DNA of 64,000 bases from an uncultured Verrucomicrobiae bacterium (GTDB lineage Bacteria > Verrucomicrobiota > Verrucomicrobiia > Opitutales > Opitutaceae): assembly GCA_963827125.1 (NCBI GenBank), contig CAWHAC010000015.1, forward strand, positions 31,061 through 95,060, in the 5' to 3' direction. Within the stretch, counting starts at the first letter, position 1. Each line of letters starts with the position of its first letter. Shown in pieces: positions 1 through 9,518 of the stretch. The notes beneath the pieces were generated by a model. It had not been told where the DNA came from. It did no database searches and worked only from the letters and a program-made list of their open reading frames with translations. The position numbers and the translations under genes are program-made.

Positions 1-3000
1 CCTGCCGCAGGAACGACGGTTCCACGGCGTAGCCGTCGCTCTCGTAGGTGAGGATGGGCATTCCGCGCTGGATGCTGATCGGCTTGAGGATCGCTTCCGA
101 GATCCGGTAGGGCAGGCAGTTGAACGGCCCGATGAGGATGATGCCGTTGTATCCTTCGTTGTCCGCCTCCAAACCCTTGCCGACCGCCGGAATGACCTCT
201 CCGTAGATCGTGGGGGAGACGTGCTCGGAGGCCGTCTCGAACAGCGCGGAAATGTCGTTGCCGCCCGCCACCAGCAGGCCGGTCTTGCGAAACAGGAACC
301 GGTAATATTGCTCGACCTTCCGCTCCGCCTGGTAGCTCAGCCACTGCTGGAGATATTGTTTTCCGTCGGGCTGGAAGATGCGCGTGCAGGCCTTGGCGAA
401 CGCGAGGCTGCCCGGCTTCATCCCCCAGCTGTTGGCCGCTCCCGCCGCGCCGTCGTAGGTGCCATAGAGGAAAAGATCGGCCAGATCGACCGGCTTCAGG
501 ATGATCCCGTGCGCGGCGTAGCGTTCGCGGACGCCCTCGATGAAGAACGGGCTGAACCGCGTGAAGAAATCGCCGGTCACGACCACGCGCGGGCAGGCGC
601 GGGGCTCCCGCCTGCACGGCAGCGTCGCCAGCCGGTCGACGAACCGGGGCAGGCCGGCGTGGAACTCGTCGGGCGAAGACGCGGCGGCGGCAAAGCGCAG
701 CCATTCCTCGCGGAACTGCTCCACGCTTCCGTCCGCGCCCGCGGCGCGAAGGACGTGGTCGATCTCCACCAGGATGTCGGCCATGAGCACCGCCGGCGAA
801 AGGTGTTTGGCGAGGGTGAGCCCATCAAATCCGAGATACTCGTTCTCCGCGGCGATGTTGAGCAGGAAGAAATCGGGCAGCTGCTGTTCGGTGATGAAGC
901 GCTCGAAGTAGCCGAGGTAGGAGTCGCTGACGCACGGCGCGCCCCCCCGGATCGAGTAGAATCCGGAGATCTCGCCGGCCGCGCGGGTGTCGTGGATCTG
1001 CAGGATCTGCCCGATGGAAAGCGGCAGGGGCAGGCATTCGCGCCCGGAGGTGTGGCGCAGGCCCCGCTCCAGCTGGCCGCGGTCCAGCGGCATGGCGGCC
1101 CCGGCGTGCATCCCGAGCCACCGGATGGTCAGCTGCGAGAGCGCCTCGGTGTGGTACTGCGAGAAGTTCGGGAGGTAGAGCTTCACGCGCGGATCGGTCA
1201 GCCGGACCTTCTCGCCGTTTGAACGGATGACGCGGCCGCCCGTGGTCAGGCGGCACGGCGTGAAGGGCCGGTGGACGCCATGGCGGATCTCGCGATAACT
1301 GCTGACGATGTCGAGAAACGCCTCCAGGCGGGTCTGCACCCCCGCGTCGGCGGTGTGGGCATCGATCTCGAGGAACAGGTACGGCTTGGCGCCCAGCTCG
1401 GAGGCGAGCATCGAGTGCGTGAACGCATCGATCGTGCAGCTGAAGTTGCTCACGCAAAGCAGGAACAGGTTCGGGTGCCGCCGGACGAGGGCCACCGCGT
1501 TCATGATCTGGTTGGCGAAATGCCAGGCGGTGGGGCCCGCGCTGACGGGCGTGAGGCAGTCGGCGGGGATGGCGGTCATGCCCATGCTCGCGACCTTGCG
1601 CCCCACCGACTGGGAGGCCTCGGGGGAGAATGCGTTGTAGCTGTGACCCGCAAGCACGATGACGGGCTTCCCCGCCTCCACCGCCTGCGCGAGCGCGCGC
1701 CGGCCCAGATCGCGCATCGCGGATTCGGCTTCCCCCTGCGCACGGACGGCGGCCGCCCACGCCGCATCGGCCCGTTCGCGGCGGACGCCGAGCTCGCGCA
1801 CCGCGAGCTCCACGAGCGCCGGCCCGCCTGCGTATCCGTTCGTGAAATCCAGCAGCGGGGAAAGAAAGCGGATCCCGGGAAACGCCTTGGCGATGAAATA
1901 GGGACCGGCCTGCGTGATCGGGCACAGGTAGGAGTCGCGGCAGGCGTTGGGCTGGGGCATGCGCAACACATGGGGCAGGAAGATGAGGTTCACCCCCCGC
2001 CTGGCCAGGTCCAGCACCGCGCCGTGCGCGATCTGCACGGGAAAGCAGAAACCGGAATACGACTTGAGATCGCCCTGCGGATCGACGCCGGACAGCACGA
2101 CGTCCATGCCGAGGCCGGCGAAGAACGTGGCGAACAGCGGGTGCAGCGAATGGGTGGTCAGCGCGCGCGGAAGGCCGAGGCGCGTCCCTTCGACCCCCGG
2201 CTCGCGGGCGGATCCCCGCAGCGATTCCTCGATGAACGACCGGGCCCCGGCCAGGGTCTGTTTGACCCGCGTGCGCCGGGAGCCCTCCGCGGGCCCGGAC
2301 CCCGGGGCCGGAGGCAGGTGCTTCTTCGCGCCCCCGAAGATGAGGTCGGACCGTTGCTGCACGAGGTCCGGCGCCGCGGTTGCGCGCGACCTCCGCTTCC
2401 ACACGTTCTCGTAGAGGCTGCAGCGCCCGCCGAAGGGAAACCGCCGGCCGGCCACCGCGAAGCGGTCGATGCTACAGCACAGCGCGCACGCACGGCACGT
2501 GAACCGGCCGACGAGCCCCATCTCCGGCGCGGCCAGGGCGAGGAGGTTTGCGGCCTTTGGCGCGGCGCCGCCGGCGCGCTGAAGCGCCAGCAGTCCGACG
2601 CCCAGCGCTCCGAGCAGCTCGGGATCCGCCGGGATGACGATGGAACGGTCGGTGAAATGCGCGAACGCGTGGCCGACCGCCCGGTTGAGGGCGACGCCCC
2701 CCTGCAGAAACACCTTTTTGCCCATGGCGCGCGGCCCCTTGACCCGGTTGAGATAGTTGCCGGCGACCGCGTAGACCAGCCCCGCCACGATGTCGTCGCG
2801 CGAGCGGCCCTGCTGCTGGGCGATGCGGATGTCGGAGTTGATGAACGCCGCGCAGGTGGCCTTGAAATGCACCGGGGACGGCGCGTTCAGCGCGATGCCG
2901 GCGATGTCCGCCACCGCGAGCCCCAGATCCCCCTGGGCGCTTTCCTCGATAAAAGAGCCCGTGCCGGCGGAACAGGCGTTGTTCATCGCGTAGTCGGCGG

Positions 3001-4198
3001 GCACGCCGTTGCGCAGGAGGATGAATTTGGAATCCTGGCCGCCGATCTCGAAGATCGTGTCCGCCCCGGGGTCGAAATGCGCCGCGCCGGCGGCATGGGC
3101 CGAGATCTCGTTGTAGACATGTCCCGTGCCGAGATAAGCGCCGATGAGCTCCCGGGCGGAGCCGGTCGCGGCCGCCAGCCCCACCGGGCGGTCGCCGACC
3201 TGGCGCGCGAGCGAGCGAAGACATTCCCGGGCGGCCGCCACGGGATCGCCGCGCGTGCGCAGGTATTCGGAGGCCACAATCCCGCGGGTGGCCGGATCGA
3301 GGAGAACCGCCTTGGTCGTCGTGGACCCCGCATCCAGCCCGAGGACCAGCGGCCCGTCGCCCGGCGCCTCGCGCCGCGGCGCGGCGATCACCTCCACGCG
3401 GCCGGCGCAGCGGTGGAGCGGAGGCAGGCTGTCGAAGGCCGCCATGCGCGAAAGCCGGGCCCGCCGGTGGAGCGGATCGTCGCGGGTGAGCAGGGCGCAG
3501 CCCCAGGCGTCGAACCACGGACTTTCGGGGAGCACGATGAATCCGGTCTCCGGTTGCTTCTCCCGCAGGGCGGCCACCATCGCCGCGTTCCGGGTCATTC
3601 CGCCGGTCAGAAGCACCCGGCGCAGCGGGCGCTGCCCCTTCTCCAGCAGCGCGACGACCTTGTTGGCGATGCTGTCGTGGAGCGTGCGCAGGATGTCCGC
3701 CGGCGACGCCTCGTTGCGGTTGAGCTTGTGGGTGATGTCCGACTTGCAGTGCACCGAGCACCGGGACGCCAGCGGCACGACCGCGCCGTCGAAGGACCGG
3801 CGGATCGCCTCGTCGAGCCCCAGGCCCATCCGGCCGATCTGCTGGACGAAGAACTCGCCGCTTCCCGCCGCGCATTTGTTGTGCGACAGCACGTGGGCGA
3901 TTCGTCCGCCGGCAAGGATATAGACGAGGAAGGACTCCCCGCCGAGGGAGATCACGGCGTCGAACGCCTCCGGCGTCTCCTGGAGCGCACGCTGGAGGGC
4001 GGCGACCTCGGGGATGTGGCCGAGATGGCCGGAAACGCCGATGGCCTCCGCGTCGGAGAACTCCGGCCTTGCGAGCAGTTCGTCGAGCGTTTTGACGGGG
4101 CGCCCCTGATGCGCGACGACCGCGGCCTCCCGCGCCTCGCCGCGCAGGCAGACCCCCTTCACGGTCAGAGCCCCGATGTTCACTCCGACGAAAGACAT
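1..4198 (-). CDS. Giant fused acyl-CoA dehydratase activase-like protein: two BadF/BadG/BcrA/BcrD-type ATPase modules plus a 2-hydroxyacyl-CoA dehydratase-like region. C-terminus lies off the window.
   Basis: Absent from the supplied ORF track because the ORF leaves the window. My own minus-strand translation starts at the ATG on the complement of 4196-4198: MSFVGVNIGALTVKGVCLRG...NKCAAGSGEFF. A second ATPase module follows (LVLGLDAGSTTTKAVLLD...NNACSAGTGSFIEE), then GRFTCRACALCCSIDRF and a long dehydratase-like region. The frame stays open for about 1399 codons down to position 1. The listed ORFs in 221-4291 are Arg/Gly/Pro-rich off-frame artefacts. Confidence 0.85.
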   Translation of the reverse strand, partial: MSFVGVNIGALTVKGVCLRGEAREAAVVAHQGRPVKTLDELLARPEFSDAEAIGVSGHLGHIPEVAALQRALQETPEAFDAVISLGGESFLVYILAGGRIAHVLSHNKCAAGSGEFFVQQIGRMGLGLDEAIRRSFDGAVVPLASRCSVHCKSDITHKLNRNEASPADILRTLHDSIANKVVALLEKGQRPLRRVLLTGGMTRNAAMVAALREKQPETGFIVLPESPWFDAWGCALLTRDDPLHRRARLSRMAAFDSLPPLHRCAGRVEVIAAPRREAPGDGPLVLGLDAGSTTTKAVLLDPATRGIVASEYLRTRGDPVAAARECLRSLARQVGDRPVGLAAATGSARELIGAYLGTGHVYNEISAHAAGAAHFDPGADTIFEIGGQDSKFILLRNGVPADYAMNNACSAGTGSFIEESAQGDLGLAVADIAGIALNAPSPVHFKATCAAFINSDIRIAQQQGRSRDDIVAGLVYAVAGNYLNRVKGPRAMGKKVFLQGGVALNRAVGHAFAHFTDRSIVIPADPELLGALGVGLLALQRAGGAAPKAANLLALAAPEMGLVGRFTCRACALCCSIDRFAVAGRRFPFGGRCSLYENVWKRRSRATAAPDLVQQRSDLIFGGAKKHLPPAPGSGPAEGSRRTRVKQTLAGARSFIEESLRGSAREPGVEGTRLGLPRALTTHSLHPLFATFFAGLGMDVVLSGVDPQGDLKSYSGFCFPVQIAHGAVLDLARRGVNLIFLPHVLRMPQPNACRDSYLCPITQAGPYFIAKAFPGIRFLSPLLDFTNGYAGGPALVELAVRELGVRRERADAAWAAAVRAQGEAESAMRDLGRRALAQAVEAGKPVIVLAGHSYNAFSPEASQSVGRKVASMGMTAIPADCLTPVSAGPTAWHFANQIMNAVALVRRHPNLFLLCVSNFSCTIDAFTHSMLASELGAKPYLFLEIDAHTADAGVQTRLEAFLDIVSSYREIRHGVHRPFTPCRLTTGGRVIRSNGEKVRLTDPRVKLYLPNFSQYHTEALSQLTIRWLGMHAGAAMPLDRGQLERGLRHTSGRECLPLPLSIGQILQIHDTRAAGEISGFYSIRGGAPCVSDSYLGYFERFITEQQLPDFFLLNIAAENEYLGFDGLTLAKHLSPAVLMADILVEIDHVLRAAGADGSVEQFREEWLRFAAAASSPDEFHAGLPRFVDRLATLPCRREPRACPRVVVTGDFFTRFSPFFIEGVRERYAAHGIILKPVDLADLFLYGTYDGAAGAANSWGMKPGSLAFAKACTRIFQPDGKQYLQQWLSYQAERKVEQYYRFLFRKTGLLVAGGNDISALFETASEHVSPTIYGEVIPAVGKGLEADNEGYNGIILIGPFNCLPYRISEAILKPISIQRGMPILTYESDGYAVEPSFLRQ

Positions 4199-4287
4199 GA
4201 CAGCATGATGCCGATAACGGCTTTTGGGCGGAAAGGGCAGGCAATTCTGCGACTTGCCAGAGTGAAGGCGCGCTCTAGAATCCCGGC

Positions 4288-5247
4288 ATGAGCAAGGCAT
4301 TTCATGAACTGACTGAGCGTGAAATCCTCGCGCTCGCCATCTCCTTGGAGGAGGAGGATGGGCGGATCTATGGCGAATTCGCGGAGCGGTTGCGGGCCAA
4401 CTATCCGGCGACGGCCCGGGAGCTCGATGGGATGCGCGATGCGGAATCCACGCACCGGCACCGGCTGCTGGAAGCGTACCGGGCGCGGTTCGGCGAGCAC
4501 CTGCCGCTGATCCGGCGGCAGGACGTGAAGGGATTTGTCGACCGCAAGCCGCTCTGGCTGGCCCGAGCGCTGTCGGTGGCGCAGGTGCGCCGCGAGGCGG
4601 AGATGATGGAGTTTGAAACACGCCAGTTCTATGAGGCGGTGGCCTCGCGCACGACCGACGCGGGAATCCGCCAGTTGCTCGGGGACCTGGCCCAGGAGGA
4701 GCGCAGGCACAGCGAGCTTGCCGAGCATTTTGAAAGGGAACAGACGGCGTCGGGCGCGCGCGCGGAGGAGGAGGCGACCCAGCGCCGGATCTTCGTGCTC
4801 CAGATCGTGCAGCCCGCCCTGGCGGGGCTGATGGATGGATCGGTGTCGACGCTGGCGCCGCTGTTCGCGGCGGCGTTCGCCACGCACAACAGCCTGGACG
4901 CGTTCCGGGTCGGTCTGGCGGCGTCGGTGGGCGCGGGGATCAGCATGGGGTTCGCCGAGGCGCTCTCCGACGACGGCGCCCTGAGCGGGCGCGGGCATCC
5001 CTGGCTGCGCGGGGGCGTCTGCGGCCTGATGACGACGCTGGGCGGCATCGGCCACACCCTGCCGTACCTGATCCCGGACTTCCGCCTGGCGACGGGCGTG
5101 GCGGGCGCGGTGGTGGCCGTGGAACTCGTAGCAATCTCCTGGATACGCAATCACTACATGGACACGCGGTTCCTGGCGGCGGCGTTCCAGGTCATCGTCG
5201 GCGGAGTGCTGGTGTTTCTTGCCGGGATCCTGATCGGAGTGGCGTGA
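4288..5247 (+). CDS. mbfA: Membrane-bound ferritin-like protein: N-terminal erythrin/rubrerythrin-like domain fused to a VIT1/CCC1 iron-transporter domain (MbfA-like)
   Basis: The N-terminal half has paired E..E/ExxH ferritin-like motifs ([43 protein letters not shown]). The C-terminal half is hydrophobic and CCC1/VIT1-like ([17 protein letters not shown]...[13 protein letters not shown]...). Confidence 0.8.
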   Translation: MSKAFHELTEREILALAISLEEEDGRIYGEFAERLRANYPATARELDGMRDAESTHRHRLLEAYRARFGEHLPLIRRQDVKGFVDRKPLWLARALSVAQVRREAEMMEFETRQFYEAVASRTTDAGIRQLLGDLAQEERRHSELAEHFEREQTASGARAEEEATQRRIFVLQIVQPALAGLMDGSVSTLAPLFAAAFATHNSLDAFRVGLAASVGAGISMGFAEALSDDGALSGRGHPWLRGGVCGLMTTLGGIGHTLPYLIPDFRLATGVAGAVVAVELVAISWIRNHYMDTRFLAAAFQVIVGGVLVFLAGILIGVA

Positions 5248-5469
5248 GCGCGCTTCACATCCGCCCCTGCCGGCCGGAAGAGGGGAAGGCGGTGATTGAA
5301 CAGTGGCAGGCGTGCCGCCGGGTCGGGCCGCCTGACCATCCCCACCGGGACAGGGCGAGAGAGCCCTGACACGTCGGGCCGTTGCGAGGGGACGCGCATT
5401 GAAGAAACCAATGCCCACGGCAATATTTTTCAATTTTGCCAATCACGCCAGCGGTGGCAAGATCGGTAG

Positions 5470-6003
5470 ATGAAGACGAATAACGCTCGCAGCCTTTGGT
5501 CGCGTATCCTGATTGTTCTTGGCAGCATGGGTATGCTGGTCGGAGCCATTGACCCCATGGAAGGAGCCCTCGTCATCCTGCCAGGCAGTGGGTTGGTCGC
5601 ACTTGGCACCTTTTTCGGCCAAAGCGAACGCCGAGTGATTGCCTACCGGGTGTGGGTTTTCGTTCTGATTGCGATCGGGGTGGGTGGGTTGTGGGGGCTG
5701 ACGATGGCTGGAGGTTTTGGGGGCAGTTCCGGGCGTTCAATGTGGTGGGGAATGCTGATTCTACCCTACCTGATTGGCTGGTCCATGGGGATATGGGGGC
5801 CGGCAAACCCGCGCTGGGTGCCGGTCCTGGGCATCGTGGTTGGCCTCTGGTATCTGGTGATTCCAGTGATGATCCTGATGCAATCGAGATCGGATCCGAG
5901 GCGACCCGTTGTCCCTGAGGCTCTCGTTGTTATCGGCATGATCGGTTTGCTGACCATCGGCGGTTGTATCGGTCGGCTGACGAAGCGAATCCCTGAACCG
6001 TGA
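5470..6003 (+). CDS. Hypothetical integral membrane protein, about 5 predicted TM helices
   Basis: 177-aa ORF with Gly/Trp-rich hydrophobic helices and no recognisable family. G+C is visibly lower than in the flanks. It converges on and overlaps the formal end of the M16 ORF. Confidence 0.55.
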   Translation: MKTNNARSLWSRILIVLGSMGMLVGAIDPMEGALVILPGSGLVALGTFFGQSERRVIAYRVWVFVLIAIGVGGLWGLTMAGGFGGSSGRSMWWGMLILPYLIGWSMGIWGPANPRWVPVLGIVVGLWYLVIPVMILMQSRSDPRRPVVPEALVVIGMIGLLTIGGCIGRLTKRIPEP

Positions 6004-7554
6004 CATATAGATGCCGTCAGCATGGGAAAGCGGCTGGAACCGGACGAGCCGGAAACCGTCCGGCAGGGTTCGTCGGAACGGCTGGAGCCCGGCTTGCGAC
6101 GAACCGGCGTCACGGCGTCCGGGCCGGCGGAGCGGCCCGTGGAATGATTCCGACGCAGTTGGACTCTGCGGCGCCGAAGTGGGAGGCGGCGGCATGCGGA
6201 AGCGGGGATCGTCGCCGCTCATCCGGAAAAACGTTTCAACCTTGACGCCGCCCGCCGCCGAATTGAGCCACGGAGCGGTGATTGCCGGATAGAGACGGAG
6301 GGCATCCGGGTATTTGGCGGCATCCAGCTTCACATCCGAAACGGAGGCGGCGAGGGTCTGGAGTGCGAACGGCAGGGCGGACGATGGCCCGGAAAGCTGG
6401 ATGATGAATTCGTTGTTGTCGAAGGACCAGCTTCCCTCGACCGCGTGCAGGGCGGTCAGGCGGCGCAGTTCTTCGCGGGTGTGGCGGCCGAGGTCGCTTT
6501 TGACCATCAGGGCAAACGCGAGGAGGTTGATGCCGGGTTGGAGGCGCGGGATGTCGGCCGGGCCGCGGCCCGGCCGCGCCTTGATCTTGAAACGCTGCGG
6601 CTCGGTGGTGCTCGCGCGGAGATTGAGGCGGACGCCGTTGGCAAAACGCAACAGCTCCAGGCCAAGATCCGCTTCGGTCCGGTGCTCCGCCACCGCGCCC
6701 GGCGGGCCGAAGTCGCCGTAGCGGAATTGCAGTTCATCGCCGGCCTTGGGCGCGGCGGCCGGGAGCGGTCGGGCGGCGCTTGCCCGATAGGCGGCGAGCA
6801 CGGCGCCGGCGCCCCCCTCCGGCGGGCTTGCCCGAAAGAGCACGAGGTGCAGCCGCTCGTCGGGCAGGGTCTCCCGGAGCGTCGCGGCGGCCAGTTCCGG
6901 CGTGAATTCCGGCAGGAGGCTTTCGGCCAATACGGGCCATGCGGCCGGGTCCTGCCAGGTCCTGCCTGCGGCGAGCATTACGGCGACGTCGTTGGCGACC
7001 TGGTCCGTGGTGCGCCCGTCGAATTCCGCCACCTCGGCGCGCAACCGGGCCACCAGGGCCGCCGCGGACTCCTTCACTTCGTCGGCCCCAAAGCCCTGTT
7101 CGCGGGCGCGCCGGAGTTCGTTTTCGCCGAGGTGCCCGGCGTGGCCGGCGGGGAGGTCGAGCCGGTAGATGGTGGAGGTAAAAGAAGTCGCGGCGTTGAC
7201 GTTGGCTCCCCAGGCGAGTCCAAGACGCTCGAAGAGCAGCACAAGTTTGCCGGCAGGAAAGTGCCGGGTGCCGTTGAACGCCATGTGTTCGACAAAGTGC
7301 GCATAGCCGGACTCGTCGTCGCGTTCATCGAGCGAACCGGCCTGGACAACCAGGCGCAGACTGACGCGACCTGGCTCCCGGGTGCGCGGCAGGAAGGCGT
7401 AGCGGAAACCATTGGGCAGCGCGCCGCACTGGAGGGTGGATGATTCAACCGGGGCGGACGGAGGAGCCGGATCGGGCGCGCCCAGAAGCAGGGCGGCGGG
7501 TCCGCAAAGTCCGAGAACCAGGGCGGGGCAGAAGTGGAGACGGGGGCTATGCAT
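5761..7554 (-). CDS. M16 (pitrilysin/insulinase) family zinc peptidase, probably 3'-truncated. Recognisable coding signal stops near 6004.
   Basis: HFVEHMAFNGT contains the HxxEH zinc motif. A signal-like N-terminus starts at MHSPRLHFCPALVLGLCG (ATG on the complement of 7552-7554). A second M16-like half begins at TLPDGFRLVRFQP and then runs into the lower-GC segment. The last ~80 codons are antisense to the 5470-6003 gene. Confidence 0.7.
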   Translation of the reverse strand: MHSPRLHFCPALVLGLCGPAALLLGAPDPAPPSAPVESSTLQCGALPNGFRYAFLPRTREPGRVSLRLVVQAGSLDERDDESGYAHFVEHMAFNGTRHFPAGKLVLLFERLGLAWGANVNAATSFTSTIYRLDLPAGHAGHLGENELRRAREQGFGADEVKESAAALVARLRAEVAEFDGRTTDQVANDVAVMLAAGRTWQDPAAWPVLAESLLPEFTPELAAATLRETLPDERLHLVLFRASPPEGGAGAVLAAYRASAARPLPAAAPKAGDELQFRYGDFGPPGAVAEHRTEADLGLELLRFANGVRLNLRASTTEPQRFKIKARPGRGPADIPRLQPGINLLAFALMVKSDLGRHTREELRRLTALHAVEGSWSFDNNEFIIQLSGPSSALPFALQTLAASVSDVKLDAAKYPDALRLYPAITAPWLNSAAGGVKVETFFRMSGDDPRFRMPPPPTSAPQSPTASESFHGPLRRPGRRDAGSSQAGLQPFRRTLPDGFRLVRFQPLSHADGIYMSRFRDSLRQPTDTTADGQQTDHADNNESLRDNGSPRIRSRLHQDHHWNHQIPEANHDAQDRHPARVCRPPYPHGPANQVG

Positions 7555-7770
7555 CCGGAACCCAAGCCTTGTGAGATGGGCGGGGGGTGCAAGGCGGTTT
7601 GGGGGCGAGGCGGCCCGCGCGGCGCCGGCGTTCCTGCGCGGCTGCGGCCGCCCATGGCTTTGGCCGGAGCCGGAGCGCTTTTGACGCTGATACAGGGCTT
7701 GACAAGCCATCCGCCGCCCGGTGCACTCAACGGCTTTTCCAAACGACTTATCCGTCCGTCCGCATCAACC

Positions 7771-8055
7771 ATGGCTCTAAAGATCCGTCTCTCCCGCATC
7801 GGCACCAAGCACAAGCCCATCTATCGGGTCGTGGTGACTGAGGAACGTTATCGCCGCGACGGCGCGGCCGCGGAAATCCTCGGAACGTATACTCCTGAGG
7901 CCAAAGGCAACCCGCTGAAGATCGACCTGGCCCGCTTCGACTACTGGTTCGGCAAGGGAGCGCGCCCGACCGACACGATGCGCGCGCTGGTCAAGAAGGA
8001 GCGCCGCCGGCAGGCCGCCATCGCCGCCGAGGTTACGGCTGCGCCGAAACCTTAG
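7771..8055 (+). CDS. rpsP: 30S ribosomal protein S16
   Basis: MALKIRLSRIGTKHKPIYRVVVTEERYRRDG... is canonical S16. The upstream 79 codons of the 7534 ORF are not S16-like. Confidence 0.95.
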   Translation: MALKIRLSRIGTKHKPIYRVVVTEERYRRDGAAAEILGTYTPEAKGNPLKIDLARFDYWFGKGARPTDTMRALVKKERRRQAAIAAEVTAAPKP

Positions 8056-8154
8056 TTTATTGCCGGAGCGAAAAGGGCAGGCCAGGGCACGAGTCCGCTT
8101 CAGGCTGCAGCGGGGGGCTGGCGTAAATCCTCGCTTCCCAATCGAGCTCCCCTA

Positions 8155-8175
8155 GGTTTTTGCGGAGCAAAAACC
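8155..8175 (+). promoter_or_regulatory. Perfect 9-bp hairpin (GGTTTTTGC-GGA-GCAAAAACC) ending 1 nt before the trmD GTG start
   Basis: Read directly from the sequence. It lies in the 120-nt rpsP-trmD spacer, where rimM is normally found. Its function is unknown. Confidence 0.25.
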
Positions 8176-8176
8176 A

Positions 8177-8896
8177 GTGCACATCGACGTCCTCACGCTC
8201 TTCCCCGGGATGCTCGACGGCTTTCTCGCCGAGAGCATCCTCGGCAACGCGGTCGCGACCGGGCTGATTTCGGTGAAGGTGCACGACCTGCGCGACTGGA
8301 CGACCGACAAGCACCGCCGCGCGGACGACCGGCCGTTTGGCGGCGGCGCGGGGATGGTGTTGAAGCCGGAGCCGGTCTTCGCGGCGATCGAACAGCTTCA
8401 AAGGCCGGGGTGCCGGCGCATCTACCTGACGCCGGACGGCACACCGTTGTGCCCGTCCCTTGCCGGGGAACTCTCGCGCGAGCAGCACCTGATCCTGCTC
8501 AGCGGCCACTACGAGGGCATCGACCAGCGCATCCGCGACCGGTTGATTGACCAGGAGATCAGCATCGGCGACTACGTGCTGACCAACGGCACGCTGGCGG
8601 CGGCGGTGGTCATCGACGCGCTGGCCCGGTTCATCCCCGGAGTGCTCGGGGAGGAAAAGTCGTTGACGAGCGAAAGCTTCACCGGCAAGTTGCTCGACTT
8701 TCCTCAGTACACGCGGCCCGCCGAATTTCGCGGCATGTCCGTGCCGGAGGTGCTCCTTTCGGGGCACCACGGCGAGATCGAAAAGTGGCGGCTCGCGCGG
8801 CGGATGGAGAAAACCCGCCAGGTCAGACCCGATTTACTGGAGAAGCATCAAAATGAATCCGATCATCAAAGAAATCACCGCCCATCAGATCAATAA
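8177..8896 (+). CDS. trmD: tRNA (guanine37-N1)-methyltransferase
   Basis: GTG start. MHIDVLTLFPGMLDGFL...DDRPFGGGAGMVLKPEP...LLSGHYEGIDQR...LSGHHGEIEKWR are typical TrmD motifs, and the gene sits in an rpsP/rplS context. Confidence 0.95.
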   Translation: MHIDVLTLFPGMLDGFLAESILGNAVATGLISVKVHDLRDWTTDKHRRADDRPFGGGAGMVLKPEPVFAAIEQLQRPGCRRIYLTPDGTPLCPSLAGELSREQHLILLSGHYEGIDQRIRDRLIDQEISIGDYVLTNGTLAAAVVIDALARFIPGVLGEEKSLTSESFTGKLLDFPQYTRPAEFRGMSVPEVLLSGHHGEIEKWRLARRMEKTRQVRPDLLEKHQNESDHQRNHRPSDQ

Positions 8897-9275
8897 GGGC
8901 CTCCCGTCGTTCAAGGTGGGCGATGCCGTTCGCGTCCACACGAAGGTGCGGGAAGGCGACAAGGAGCGGATCCAGATCTTCTCCGGCGTCGTCATCGCCC
9001 GCAAGGGCTACGGAATCCACGAGTCTTTCACCGTCAGGCGCATCAGCTACGGCGAGGGCGTTGAACGGGTGTTCCCGGTCAATTCGCCGAACATCGAGAA
9101 GGTGGAGATCGAGAGCGAGAGCGAGCCGGTGCGCGCCCGCATGTATTTCCTCCGCAACCGCACGGGCAAGGCGGCCATGGCCGTGAAGAAGAAGCGGTAT
9201 GACGCGGAGGCGGCTGCGGCCACCGCGCAGGCGGCGCCGACAACGCCGGATGCCCCGGCTCCTGCGGGGGGCTGA
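8853..9275 (+). CDS. rplS: 50S ribosomal protein L19
   Basis: MNPIIKEITAHQINKGLPSFKVGDAVRVHTKVREGDKERIQIFSGVVIARKG... is canonical L19. It overlaps the trmD 3' end by 44 nt. Confidence 0.95.
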   Translation: MNPIIKEITAHQINKGLPSFKVGDAVRVHTKVREGDKERIQIFSGVVIARKGYGIHESFTVRRISYGEGVERVFPVNSPNIEKVEIESESEPVRARMYFLRNRTGKAAMAVKKKRYDAEAAAATAQAAPTTPDAPAPAGG

Positions 9276-9518
9276 GGCTCGCCGGACTCCGGACACCTCG
9301 GGCTGTTTCGGATCCGGGCGGCGGCGCAGGCGCAGCGCCGGCGCCGGCATGGGCGGGATGCCCCCGCCGCGCGGGGCAGTCCCAACCCTCCGGCGCGCGC
9401 CGGTCGCCGGATCCCGGCGAGTTTTGGCTTTCCACTTTGCGGGCGAAACCGCTAGACCAGCACGCTCGTTTGTTTTCCACCGCTGAGCGCCGGGTTCAAT
9501 GCTGTTCATGATCTTCCC

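Noticed and set aside
4199-4287. Fur box or Irr (ICE) box in the divergent promoter region upstream of the mbfA-like gene
   Set aside because: I found no convincing match to GATAATGATAATCATTATC or TTTAGAA-N3-TTCTAAA by eye, only weak partial similarity.
221-4291. Listed ORFs 221-1222(+), 825-2402(-), 1271-4291(+, 1006 aa) and 2472-4244(-, 590 aa) as genes
   Set aside because: All are extremely Arg/Gly/Pro/Ala-rich with no motifs. They overlap a third minus-strand frame that encodes a clearly recognisable activase/dehydratase-like protein, so they are typical high-GC off-frame ORFs.
7534-7770. N-terminal extension of rpsP (ORF start at 7534), and similar long 5' extensions of the GH78, GH3, tgt, folK, gmk, macB and ATPase ORFs
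   Set aside because: The extensions are Arg/Pro/Gly-rich and overlap neighbouring genes or spacers. Family-typical N-termini begin at internal Met or Val codons.
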